Origin: an uncultured Gammaproteobacteria bacterium
Lineage (GTDB): Bacteria; Pseudomonadota; Gammaproteobacteria; JACCXJ01
Reading direction: 5' to 3'
DNA: 64,000 bases
Assembly: GCA_963764725.1 (NCBI GenBank)
Contig: CAVXTM010000001.1
Coordinates: 256,001 to 320,000, forward strand
Part shown: positions 9,174 to 18,670 of the stretch, one piece after another
Position numbering within the stretch: the stretch's first letter is position 1
Layout of the letters: each line of letters starts with the position of its first letter
Translations under genes and position numbers: made by a program
Notes under the pieces: model-generated
What the model saw: the letters and a program-made list of their open reading frames with translations, nothing else
What the model was told of the DNA's origin: nothing
The model's database searches: none

Positions 9174-10661
9174 GTGCGCCACACAACGATAGTATCCACC
9201 GTGCTCGCGGCGATGTTTGCCACCTGGAGCGCTTCTCTGGCAGCGACGCAGTTCGCGAATCCCCCGGAGATCGCGAGTGCCAACGGGGTGCTCAATGGCC
9301 TGCTCACCGTAGCGCCGGCTCGGGTGCGGGTCGGCAGCAAACAGGTGGTGACCACCGTCTACAACGCGCTCTTGATGCCGCCGCTCCTGCGCGTGCAGCC
9401 CGGTGACCAGGTCCAACTCCAGGTCCGCAACGACGCCGCGCAGTCGGCGAACATCCACTACCATGGTTTCCAAGTCACCCCCCTCGGTAGCGGCGACAAC
9501 GTCTTCCTCGACATCACCCCGGCTACGACTTTCTCTTATGACTTTGAGATCCCTGCGGATCATCCGTCCGGGCTCTATTGGTACCACCCGCATGTCCACC
9601 CCGAGGTGAATCCCCAGATCGCCGGAGGCCTGTCGGGGGGTATCATCGTCGGAAACATCTTAGCGCCCTTCCCCGAGCTCACCGACATCACCGAGCGCGT
9701 CTTGCTCCTCAAGGACACGAAGATCCGCGGGGGCAAGGTGGTGCGGAATCCCGATCCGACCGGACCGACGACGCGCACGATCAACGGCCTGTTCAAGCCA
9801 CGCATTCACATCCAGGCGGGCGAGCTGCAGTTCTGGCGCATCGGCAACATCGGCGCCAACATATACTACAAGCTCACGCTGCCGCAGCACGTATTCCACG
9901 TGATCGCGCAGGACGGCAACCTGAAGAACCGGCTGGTGCGGAAGGAGACCCTGTTGATCCCGCCCGCGGCGCGCTATGAGGTCCTCGTCCGTGGTGCGAA
10001 GCCTGGCAGGTATCCTCTCCAGGCGCAACGGTTCAGCACCGGTGGCGACGATTACCCCGCTCAGCGCCTCGCGACCATCGTGTCCAGTGGGCCGAGGGTT
10101 GCGAACCCCATCTCACTGCCGACGAGCTTCCCATCGGTTCCCGATCTCAGGCGCGCGCCGATCGCCAGGGACCGCGTGATCACGTTCGCCAACGCGAACA
10201 ACAGCACCAACCCGGCGAAGCAGTTCACTATCAACGGCAAGTTCTATAATCACAACCGTATCGACACGAGCGTGCCGCTCGGCAGCGTCGAGCGATGGAC
10301 GATCCGGAACACGGCGGACGAACTGCACGTCTTCCACATCCATCAGACCGATTTCCAGGTCGTCGCGGTCAACGGCAAGCGGCGGAGTTTCACCGGCTAC
10401 CAGGATACGGTGAACCTACCGTTCGCAAGGCGCAAGAACGGGCGGCTCATCCCGGGCGAGGTGACCGTGATCATCCCGTTCACGAACCCGGTGATGGTCG
10501 GCCAGTTCGTCTACCACTGCCACATCGTGCAGCACGCCGATCAAGGCATGATGGCCAACATCCAGGTGGTCTCGCCCACTGCGATATCCACGGCCGCGCG
10601 GGCGCCCCCGGGTCCACTGATGCCCCTCGTATCAGCCACCGCGAGCACACGGCGAAACTGA
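9174..10661 (+). CDS. secreted multicopper oxidase (laccase-like)
   Basis: All four Cu motifs: HYHG, WYHPH, HVFHIH, HCHIVQHADQGMM; signal peptide; GGAGG RBS. Confidence 0.92.
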   Translation: MRHTTIVSTVLAAMFATWSASLAATQFANPPEIASANGVLNGLLTVAPARVRVGSKQVVTTVYNALLMPPLLRVQPGDQVQLQVRNDAAQSANIHYHGFQVTPLGSGDNVFLDITPATTFSYDFEIPADHPSGLYWYHPHVHPEVNPQIAGGLSGGIIVGNILAPFPELTDITERVLLLKDTKIRGGKVVRNPDPTGPTTRTINGLFKPRIHIQAGELQFWRIGNIGANIYYKLTLPQHVFHVIAQDGNLKNRLVRKETLLIPPAARYEVLVRGAKPGRYPLQAQRFSTGGDDYPAQRLATIVSSGPRVANPISLPTSFPSVPDLRRAPIARDRVITFANANNSTNPAKQFTINGKFYNHNRIDTSVPLGSVERWTIRNTADELHVFHIHQTDFQVVAVNGKRRSFTGYQDTVNLPFARRKNGRLIPGEVTVIIPFTNPVMVGQFVYHCHIVQHADQGMMANIQVVSPTAISTAARAPPGPLMPLVSATASTRRN

Positions 10662-10691
10662 AGCCCATCAAGTAGACAGAGAGGCAGCACC

Positions 10692-11228
10692 ATGACCGAT
10701 CCCCGGACAGACCTGAGCGCGGTGTTCGATGCCCACGTCGCGAACGAATTCGTGGCCCGGGACGTCGATGCCACGATGGCGACGATGACAGCGGACCCGT
10801 ACGTCAACCACGTGCCCACAATGATGGGCGGCGTGGGCCACGACGAGGTTGCCCGTTTCTATGCCGATTACTTCATCGGGCATTGGCCCGCGGACACCGC
10901 GATCAGGCCGGTGTCGCGAACCGTCGGCGACGATAGGGTCGTCGCCGAGATGGTGATGACGTTCACCCACGACATCGTGATGGATGCCTTCCTGCCGGGC
11001 ATACAGCCGACGGGATGCCACGTCAGTCTCGCCGTGGTCGTCATCATGGGCTTTCACGGGGACAAGGTGGCCTACGAGCACATCTACTGGGACCAGGCGT
11101 CGCTGCTCGCGCAGATCGGTCTTCTCGACGAGAAGGTGCTACCGGTGACGGGCGTCATCCAGGCGCGCAAAGTCCTGGACAAGGACATTGCGGCCAACCA
11201 TCTCCTGCTGCGGGACCGGGAGGGATGA
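10692..11228 (+). CDS. SnoaL/NTF2-like ester cyclase family protein
   Basis: DATMATM, VNHVPT, FTHD, EHIYWDQAS. Confidence 0.85.
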   Translation: MTDPRTDLSAVFDAHVANEFVARDVDATMATMTADPYVNHVPTMMGGVGHDEVARFYADYFIGHWPADTAIRPVSRTVGDDRVVAEMVMTFTHDIVMDAFLPGIQPTGCHVSLAVVVIMGFHGDKVAYEHIYWDQASLLAQIGLLDEKVLPVTGVIQARKVLDKDIAANHLLLRDREG

Positions 11229-11333
11229 TGCCCCTCTCTGCAACGAGAGTCAGTCAATCCCTTCGGCCGAGGCCTTGTCGGCCGCAGGCGATACCTGCGC
11301 AACGGCTGCTTTGAATCTGGCTTTCATTTCGGC

Positions 11334-13076
11334 TCACCTGCGAATGGGTCTGGGGGCTTCTAATGCTCCGTCGCCGATCGTTGCGAGAGCTTGGTGCAGG
11401 CTCGCGTAGATGCGTTGCGGCCCGATCACCTCGGTCAGGAGGTGACGGTCGAGGTCGGCGCGCAGGAAGGGCTCCACGTGCACGAGCACCAGCGCGACGC
11501 CCTCCCGGGTCAGGTCCTGCTGGAGATCCCGCAGCGCCCGTGCAGCGGTGTAGTCGACGCCGGTGATCGCTCCGGCGTCCACCACCAGCCAGCGAACCCG
11601 GGAGGGAGCGCCGGCTACCAGCTTCCGGGCCTCGTCGGCGAAGCGGGCCGCGTTGGCGTAGAAGAGGGCGGCTCCGAACCGGTAAATCAGCAGGCCGGCT
11701 CCGCTGAGGGCTCCCGGCTCGGCGGGGACCGACCGCCACTGGCCGTTCTCGTCCTTCACGAGGACGGCGGTGTGCGGCCGGTAGCTATGGCTCACGTGCC
11801 GCAGCAACGAGAGCGCCATCGCAAGCAGGATCCCCTCCTCCACGCCGAGCATCACCACCACCGCGGCGGTGATCAGCGCCAGGCGGAACTCGCCGGGGCT
11901 TTCGCGCCGGATCTCGCGCAAGCCTCGCAGGTCGACGAGCCCGATCGCGATCGTGAACACGATCGCTCCCAGCACGCATTGGGGGAGGAATCGAAGCGGG
12001 CCGGTCAGGAACAGCAGCACCAGCGCCACCACGGAGGCGGTGGCGAGCTGCGCGAGCTGGCTCCGCCCGCCGGAGGTCTCCACCATCGCCGTCTGCGTCG
12101 GACTGCCGTTCACGACGAAGGTTCCGGACAGGGCCGCGGCCGCATTCGCCGCCGATAGTCCGACGAGGTCCGAGTCTTCGTCGAGCGCCTGCCGGTGGCG
12201 GGTTGCGTAGGCACGCGCCGTCGCCGCGCTCTGGGCGACGATCATGAAAAAGCAGGAGGCCGCTACCGGGAGCAGCGCCCGCGCCTCCTGCCAGTGGACG
12301 TCCGGCAGCCGGAGCTGCGGGAGACCTCCCGCCACGGGCCCGATCACAGCGAGGCCGCGAGCGGATAAGTCGAAGGCCGCGCTCGCTGCCACCGCGCCGA
12401 CCACCGCAACGAGGGGTCCGGGAATTCGGGGCGCCAGCCGGCGACAAGTGAGCACCACCGACACCACCGCCGCCGAGACGCCCAGCGCGAGCGGCTGCAC
12501 GCGGTCGAGGTTGCGCAGGATCTCGGCGAGCTGCTCGAGGCTGCTACTACCGTGGACCCGGAGCCCTAGCATCTCGCCCAGGACCGCAATGCCGACCTGG
12601 AAACCGACGCCGGTCAGGAAGCCGACCAGGACCGTCTGCGAGAGGAAGTCCGCGAGGAAGCCGAGCTTGAAGGCCCGCGCGAGCAGCAGGAAGCCGGCGG
12701 TCAGCAGCGCCACGAGCCCGGCCAGCGCCACGTACCGCTCGCTCCCCGCCGGCGCCATCGGGGAGAGCCCGCTAGCGAGGATCGCCGCGGTTGCCGAATC
12801 CGCCGCCACCACCAGGTAGCGCGAGGAGCCGAGCGTGGCGAAGGCTGCGATCGGGAACAGCAGAGTGTAGAGCCCGGTTACCACCGGCATGCCGGCGATC
12901 CGGGTGTAGCCGAGCGCCTGCGGGACGTTCATCGCGGCCAGCGTGAAGCCGGCCAGCGTGTCGCGTAGCGCCCCGTCGCGGCGGATTGGCAGGATTCCCT
13001 GAAGCAGCCAGCGACGGGTCGGCGAAGGCGTGCGTCCGGATCCGTCCGCGGATGCCCGGGATCCGTCCGGGCTCAT
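11334..13076 (-). CDS. SulP/SLC26 anion permease with STAS domain
   Basis: PQALGY, GLY, GSSRYL, NGSPTQT, STAS segment LFYANA...VDYTA. Confidence 0.92.
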   Translation of the reverse strand: MSPDGSRASADGSGRTPSPTRRWLLQGILPIRRDGALRDTLAGFTLAAMNVPQALGYTRIAGMPVVTGLYTLLFPIAAFATLGSSRYLVVAADSATAAILASGLSPMAPAGSERYVALAGLVALLTAGFLLLARAFKLGFLADFLSQTVLVGFLTGVGFQVGIAVLGEMLGLRVHGSSSLEQLAEILRNLDRVQPLALGVSAAVVSVVLTCRRLAPRIPGPLVAVVGAVAASAAFDLSARGLAVIGPVAGGLPQLRLPDVHWQEARALLPVAASCFFMIVAQSAATARAYATRHRQALDEDSDLVGLSAANAAAALSGTFVVNGSPTQTAMVETSGGRSQLAQLATASVVALVLLFLTGPLRFLPQCVLGAIVFTIAIGLVDLRGLREIRRESPGEFRLALITAAVVVMLGVEEGILLAMALSLLRHVSHSYRPHTAVLVKDENGQWRSVPAEPGALSGAGLLIYRFGAALFYANAARFADEARKLVAGAPSRVRWLVVDAGAITGVDYTAARALRDLQQDLTREGVALVLVHVEPFLRADLDRHLLTEVIGPQRIYASLHQALATIGDGALEAPRPIRR

Positions 13077-13597
13077 CGATCGGAGCCCGCGTTGGCGTCG
13101 AGCCGGGCGACCAGCGCGCCGGCGCGCTCGACGACCAGCACGGGGTCTCCCGCCGTGCGCAACCGATCGGCGACGAGCTGTCCGAGCGGGCCGAAGCCGA
13201 TCACCACCACGTGTCGGGTTAGATCATCGAGGGTGCGTCGCATCGATCGGTTCTCCCGAAAAGCCATCACCGCGTCGCTCGACAGCAGGCCGGTGAGCCT
13301 GGAAACGGCGTAGCCGCCGATGATCAGGACGACGAACATGGTCGCGATCATGAACACCTTCTGGCGATCGTTGAAACCGGTGAAGTCCCCGAGCGTGGAG
13401 AGCAGATTCGCCGCGTTCCAGAGCGCGTTGAAGGCCCTTTCGTCGAACGGGTCCAGGGACGAATCGAGCATCAGCAGCCCGGCCATGCACCCGACCAGGG
13501 CTAGGGCCAGCAGGGCGAAGGTCCGCAGCGCCCGGCGCCGCCATTCCTGGAGGTGCAGGAGTCCGAGTCGGGGCTCGAAGGTGCGGTAGATGGGCAT
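13073..13597 (-). pseudogene. 2TM potassium-channel protein with truncated TrkA-N/RCK domain
   Basis: TM, pore (LSTLGD), TM, then HVVVIGFGPLG Rossmann start ending after about 40 aa; stop overlaps the SulP ATG. Confidence 0.7.
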
Positions 13598-13647
13598 CGG
13601 CTTGGGGTCCGCCCTCGGGAAGGTCCCTTCCGGCGGGCCGCCTGCTC

Positions 13648-14517
13648 CTAGCTTCCTTGTTTCGAGGCATACCCGGCCCGCTGGCTCTGCTCCTCCTCCG
13701 CGGCGTGGTACTTGCCGGCGATCTCCGCGATGTCCACGTGCGTCGGCGGCAGCTTCAGGTCCATCTCTTCCATCGTGTCGGCGATGATCTGCGAGATCGC
13801 GAGATCGCGGAACCACTTGTGGTTCGCCGGAATCACGTACCACGACGCGTGCCGGGTGCTGGTCTCCGCCAGCGCATCCTCGTAGGCTTCCAGGTACTTG
13901 GGCCAGAGCTCCCGCTCGGAGTAGTCGGTCTCGCTGATCTTCCAGTGTCGCGACGGGTCGTCCAGGCGCTGCTTGAAGCGCGTGAGCTGCTCTTCCGGGC
14001 TGATGTGGAGGTAGAACTTCAGGACCCGCGTGCCGTTTTGGATCAGCATCGCCTCGAAATCGTTGATCAGCGCATAGCGCTTCGACCAGACCGACTTCGG
14101 CTCCAGCTTGTGCACGCGCACCACCAGGACGTCCTCGTAGTAGGATCGGTTAAAGATCACCACCTCGCCCTTGCCCGGTGTGCGCTGGTGGGCCCGCCAC
14201 AGGAAATCGTGCGCCGCCTCGGCCTTGCTCGGCTGCTTGAAGCCGAAGACCGAGGTCCCCTGTGGGTTCATTCCGCTGAACAGGTGCCGCACCACGCCGT
14301 CCTTGCCAGCGGCGTCGAGCGCCTGCAACACCACCAGCAGCGACTGGCTGGCGTCCGCGTAGAGCAGATACTGGAGCTTGTCCATCCGCTCGACGTGCTT
14401 CCGGATCTTCGGGATCGCCTTCTCGTGCGACTCGTGCTTCGCCGTGTACGAGGGATCGATCTTCGCCAGCCGGATCTTTTTGCCGGGCTCGACGCCGAAC
14501 TCTTTCCGGTAGTCCAT
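13648..14517 (-). CDS. ppk2: polyphosphate kinase 2 family (single domain)
   Basis: DAAGKDG Walker A, FKQPS, HDFLWR, FNRSYYE, WYVIPANHKW. Confidence 0.92.
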   Translation of the reverse strand: MDYRKEFGVEPGKKIRLAKIDPSYTAKHESHEKAIPKIRKHVERMDKLQYLLYADASQSLLVVLQALDAAGKDGVVRHLFSGMNPQGTSVFGFKQPSKAEAAHDFLWRAHQRTPGKGEVVIFNRSYYEDVLVVRVHKLEPKSVWSKRYALINDFEAMLIQNGTRVLKFYLHISPEEQLTRFKQRLDDPSRHWKISETDYSERELWPKYLEAYEDALAETSTRHASWYVIPANHKWFRDLAISQIIADTMEEMDLKLPPTHVDIAEIAGKYHAAEEEQSQRAGYASKQGS

Positions 14518-14533
14518 GGCAACGCGTTCCCTT

Positions 14534-17161
14534 CTAGGCCCGGCTCGCCCCGGAGCCGCCGATCCCGGGGACGTGCGGCTGGAGCGTCTGGCTCACCAAT
14601 CCTACGCTCTTCGAGTGACGCGCGGTACGGTACTCGGCGAAGCGCTCGGTGATCAGCCGGACGCCTCCCAGCACAAACAGCCACGCCAGGTTGTAGGCCC
14701 ATACCCAGGCGATCAGCTTCCAGCCGATCGGCTCGACCAGCCAGCCCAGGCCGCACATTGCGATCGCCACCATCTGGGTGAGGGCGATTGCCGTGAACAG
14801 GGGCGCAGCCGGGTAGGGAGGCAGGAAGAACCACCGTTCGGTCCGCGTGACGAACATCAGCAGATGGCCGCCGGCCACCAATTGCAGGAACATCGCCGTC
14901 TGCAGCTCGGACCGGGTCCACAGCCCGAAATACAGCCGAGCGTCCGGATCGGCGAGCACCTCCATGCCGATCAGGAGCATGCCGAACGACTGGACCACCG
15001 AGAACGAGCCAAGCACCGCCGAGACGCCCAGCAGCTTCGGCATCTGCCAGCGGATGGGCTTCTCGCTCACCGGCGTGTTATCGTAGGCGATGGTCATGAT
15101 CGGCAGGTCGTCGAGCAGCGACATGGCGACGATCATGATCGACGTGAGCGGCACGAAATCCAAGAAGATCGAAGCCAGCACCACCACGAACATGATGTCC
15201 ATGGTGAGGGCCACGCGGTAGATCGTGTAGCTCGTGATCCGGCCGAAAATCCTCCGGGCCTCGTCGATGGCGCTGTTGATCACCGAGAGGCCGGGGGCGG
15301 TGAGGATCAGCGCAGCCGCGCCGCGCGCGGCGTCCGTAGCGCCCGACACCGCGGTGCCGCAATCCGCCTGCTTCAGGGCGGGCGCGTCGTTGACGCCATC
15401 TCCGGTCATTGCGACCAGATGCCCGCGCGACTGCAACGATTTGACGATCGCGTACTTGTGCTCCGGGAACACGCGGGCGAAGCCGTCCGCCTTCTCGATC
15501 GCGTCGCCAATCTCGGGCGGCACGTGGTTCGGTTCCATGTCCTTCGGGAAGGCATCGGCCGCCCCGATGATGTGGGTTCCGAGCCCGAGCTGGCGCGCGG
15601 TCTCGATGGCGATCGCGGTGTCGTCGCCGGTGATCATCTTCACCTGCACGCCCTTGCTCTTCACCTTGTCGACGGTCGCCTTGGAGTCGTCGCGCGGCGG
15701 ATCGAACATCGGCAGGATCGCGAGCAGCGCCCAGCTGGCGCCGCCGTCCTCCGAGCGGGCCACGCCGAGCGCGCGTGAGCCCTTAGCCGCCAGCGCCGCG
15801 ACCGTTTGCGCGACCTTCTGCGCGACGTCCGGCGCCGGCTTGACGAGGTTGACGATCGCCTGCGGCGCTCCCTTGGCGACCACCACGGTCCGGCCCGAAG
15901 GGTCGGTCACGGTCGCGGCGGTGCGTTTGATCACCGGATCGAAGGGCACGAACTTGACCTGCTTCCAGCGCTCGAGCGCCTTCGGGTCCTTCAGCGCCGC
16001 GATCACGGCGGTGTCGATGGCGTCGCGGTCCTCGATCTTCGAGGCCAGCGCGGCGGCCAGTACGCAGTCCTGGGGATCCCTGCCCGCGAACAGGATCGGG
16101 TCGCTCAGGCTGAGTTGATTCTTGGTCAGCGTCCCGGTCTTGTCCGAGCACAGCACGTCGACGCCCGCCATCTCCTCGATCGCGGAGAGCTTCGAGACGA
16201 TCGCCTTCTCCTTGGAGAGCGCGAGCGCGCCGAGCGCCATCGTAATCGAGAACACCGCCGGCATGGCCACCGGGATCGACGCGATCAGCAGGATCAGGAC
16301 GAACTGCAGGATATTCAGCGCGTCCGCGACTCCCCAGGTGTCGGCGACGACGATGTCGTGATGGACCCTGAAGGCAATCAGGATCAGCGCCAGGACGACG
16401 GCGACCACGATTAGGAAGTTCCCGATCTGGAACATCGCCTTCTGCGCGTGGCTGACGGCGCCCGCGCCCGCCACCAGCTTGGCCGTGCGGCCGAAAAAGG
16501 TGGTCGCGCCGGTGGCGATCACGACGCCTTCCATCTCGCCCTGCTTGACGACGCTGCCCGAGTAGGCCTCGTCCCCGACCTTCTTGGCCGCGGGTAGGGA
16601 CTCGCCCGTGAGGGCCGCCTGGTCGATCGACGCGTAGTCGCCCGACACCAGCCGCAGATCGGCCGGAACGATCACGCCTAGGCGGATCTTGACGATGTCC
16701 CCGGGGACCAGCGTGGCAGCCTGAAGGGTCTGCCACTTTCCGTCGCGCAGGGCGGTTGCTTCCAGCGCCAGCCCCTTCTTCAGTGCCGCCAGCGCGTTCG
16801 ACGACTTCAGATCCTGCCAGAACTCGAGGGCGGCGTTGAACAGCAGCAGCGTGGTGATGATCGCGAAGTCCTCCCAGCGGCCCAGAATCGCCGACACAAT
16901 CGCCGCCACCTCGATCATGTACGCGATCGGACCGGTAAAGTGGCCGAGGATCCTGGCCGCCAGGCCCTTCTCTTTTTCGATCAGGGCGTTGGGGCCGTAC
17001 CGGGCGAGCCGCTGCTGGGCTTCCGTAGCGAGGAGCCCTCGATCGGGTCGGACGCCGAGGTTCGCGAGCACCTGTTCGATGGGAAGCTTCTCGAGATCGG
17101 TGGCGGCAGCGGAGCCGCCCATAGCGGCGGATCCGGGAAGCGGCGGAGCAGGTGTGGACAT
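14534..17161 (-). CDS. P-type (P3A) plasma-membrane H+-ATPase
   Basis: TGES, IPVAMP, CSDKTGT, KGAP, DPPR, TGDGVNDAPALK, and P3A-typical DDLPIMTIAYD. Confidence 0.92.
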   Translation of the reverse strand: MSTPAPPLPGSAAMGGSAAATDLEKLPIEQVLANLGVRPDRGLLATEAQQRLARYGPNALIEKEKGLAARILGHFTGPIAYMIEVAAIVSAILGRWEDFAIITTLLLFNAALEFWQDLKSSNALAALKKGLALEATALRDGKWQTLQAATLVPGDIVKIRLGVIVPADLRLVSGDYASIDQAALTGESLPAAKKVGDEAYSGSVVKQGEMEGVVIATGATTFFGRTAKLVAGAGAVSHAQKAMFQIGNFLIVVAVVLALILIAFRVHHDIVVADTWGVADALNILQFVLILLIASIPVAMPAVFSITMALGALALSKEKAIVSKLSAIEEMAGVDVLCSDKTGTLTKNQLSLSDPILFAGRDPQDCVLAAALASKIEDRDAIDTAVIAALKDPKALERWKQVKFVPFDPVIKRTAATVTDPSGRTVVVAKGAPQAIVNLVKPAPDVAQKVAQTVAALAAKGSRALGVARSEDGGASWALLAILPMFDPPRDDSKATVDKVKSKGVQVKMITGDDTAIAIETARQLGLGTHIIGAADAFPKDMEPNHVPPEIGDAIEKADGFARVFPEHKYAIVKSLQSRGHLVAMTGDGVNDAPALKQADCGTAVSGATDAARGAAALILTAPGLSVINSAIDEARRIFGRITSYTIYRVALTMDIMFVVVLASIFLDFVPLTSIMIVAMSLLDDLPIMTIAYDNTPVSEKPIRWQMPKLLGVSAVLGSFSVVQSFGMLLIGMEVLADPDARLYFGLWTRSELQTAMFLQLVAGGHLLMFVTRTERWFFLPPYPAAPLFTAIALTQMVAIAMCGLGWLVEPIGWKLIAWVWAYNLAWLFVLGGVRLITERFAEYRTARHSKSVGLVSQTLQPHVPGIGGSGASRA

Positions 17162-17208
17162 GCGCCCACTCTATACCTGCCGGCCTCCGAGCATCAATAA
17201 CGGCGAGT

Positions 17209-18450
17209 TCACGCGCCCGAACGTTGCGCGGCGATCATCGTGATGTCATCGTATTGCGGGGCCGAACCTTGGTAGTCGGTCACGGCCTTCAGCAACCCAT
17301 CGCACATCGCTTGAGCGGGCACACCCGTGTGCGCGCGCAGCGCCGCTTGCAAGCGATCAACGCCGAAAGCATGCTCGTGCGCGTCCACGGTGTCGGTGAT
17401 GCCGTCGGTGTAGAGAAACAGCGTAGCGCTTCGGGGAATGATCATCGTTGCCTCATCAAATCGGGGATCCTCGATGATCCCCAAGGGTTGCCCAGGGCCT
17501 TGGGGCATCAGTTCGGTCTGACCCGCCGCATCAACGAGGATCGGCAGTTCGTGCCCGGCGCGGGCGTAGTCAAAGCGCCCGCTATGGATATCCAGCACTC
17601 CGTAGAGGACCGTGACGAAGAGCCCCGTGTCGCTCATCTCCAGCAGATGACGGTTGACCCGGCGTAGAGTCTCGCCGGGCGCCTCGAATCGGCTCGCCTC
17701 GGCGCGCCAGAGTGCGCGCGTCTGGGCCATGAATATCGCCGCGGGCACTCCCTTGCCGGTCACGTCGCCCACGACGGCGCCCATCGCCTGGTCGCTCAAA
17801 GCGATGAAGTCGAGGAAATCGCCGCCCACCGCGCGGGCCGGCGCCATGCGCATTCCGAAATTGAACGCCGGCGAGCGCGGCACCACCTTGGGAAGAATGC
17901 CTACCTGGATCTCGTACCCGAGCTGGAGCTCGCGCTCCAATTTCTCCTTCTCGATGATTTGGCTCTGCGCGGCTTTCAGACTTTCGTAAGCCTCGGCGAG
18001 TCGGCGGTTCTTTTCCTGCAGGTCGTGGATCGCGGCGGCGTGCGAGGCGGTCAGGCGCTCGCTCAGCACCCGCACCATTTCGTAGGCCAGCAACGGCTGC
18101 CGGTGGAGCAACGCGTCAAAATCGCCGCGGCTCATGCGCAACATCCGCACCTGCTCCGCCGCGCGCACCGTGGCCATGTGGCGTCCATCGCGATTAAAGA
18201 GACTTAGTTCGCCCAGAAACTCGCCCGCTCCGCGTACGCCAATCACCTGCTCCTCCTCCGTACCCATGGCCTTGATCACTTCCGTCCGGCCCGAAATCAC
18301 GATATAAAAATGGTCACCCACGCCACCTTCGCGAAAGAGAATCGTACCGGGCGGTGCTTCAACGGACTGAAGCGTGGACTCCAGGTGCTCTATTTCCTTC
18401 CTGGGCAGAGAACCAAAAAGCGGCACCCGTGCTAGGACCAATGTTTTCAC
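17209..18450 (-). CDS. cNMP-binding domain + coiled coil + SpoIIE/RsbU PP2C phosphatase
   Basis: GEFLGELSL cNMP motif; VGGDF, DVTGKG, AGH, YTDG, DDIT. Confidence 0.9.
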   Translation of the reverse strand: MKTLVLARVPLFGSLPRKEIEHLESTLQSVEAPPGTILFREGGVGDHFYIVISGRTEVIKAMGTEEEQVIGVRGAGEFLGELSLFNRDGRHMATVRAAEQVRMLRMSRGDFDALLHRQPLLAYEMVRVLSERLTASHAAAIHDLQEKNRRLAEAYESLKAAQSQIIEKEKLERELQLGYEIQVGILPKVVPRSPAFNFGMRMAPARAVGGDFLDFIALSDQAMGAVVGDVTGKGVPAAIFMAQTRALWRAEASRFEAPGETLRRVNRHLLEMSDTGLFVTVLYGVLDIHSGRFDYARAGHELPILVDAAGQTELMPQGPGQPLGIIEDPRFDEATMIIPRSATLFLYTDGITDTVDAHEHAFGVDRLQAALRAHTGVPAQAMCDGLLKAVTDYQGSAPQYDDITMIAAQRSGA

Positions 18451-18471
18451 AGAATACCCGTCTCCGTTTAG

Positions 18472-18611
18472 GGAAGCTCTGCAAAAGTTACTGTGCAGCC
18501 CATCTGCTATGTCGCGTGCTCGCTCGCCGCTCGCCTATCTACCTGATATGTCTCGCGACTCGCTCCGCTTCGCGCATCTGGGCTTGCTCGCGACACTTTT
18601 GCAGAGCTTCC
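18472..18611. mobile_element. 140-bp MITE, IS5-like
   Basis: Perfect 17-bp TIR GGAAGCTCTGCAAAAGT / ACTTTTGCAGAGCTTCC; flanks TTAG/TCAG; second copy at 25133. Confidence 0.85.
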
Positions 18612-18670
18612 TCAGCGCTTACTGGATGGATTTTACGCCCGCTCTTGGGTATCGATACAACGGCTCGCTG

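Noticed and set aside
2074-16736. Long antisense or overlapping ORFs (e.g. 2074-3213, 13657-14652, 14516-15778)
   Set aside because: Shadow frames of GC-rich genes with no family motifs
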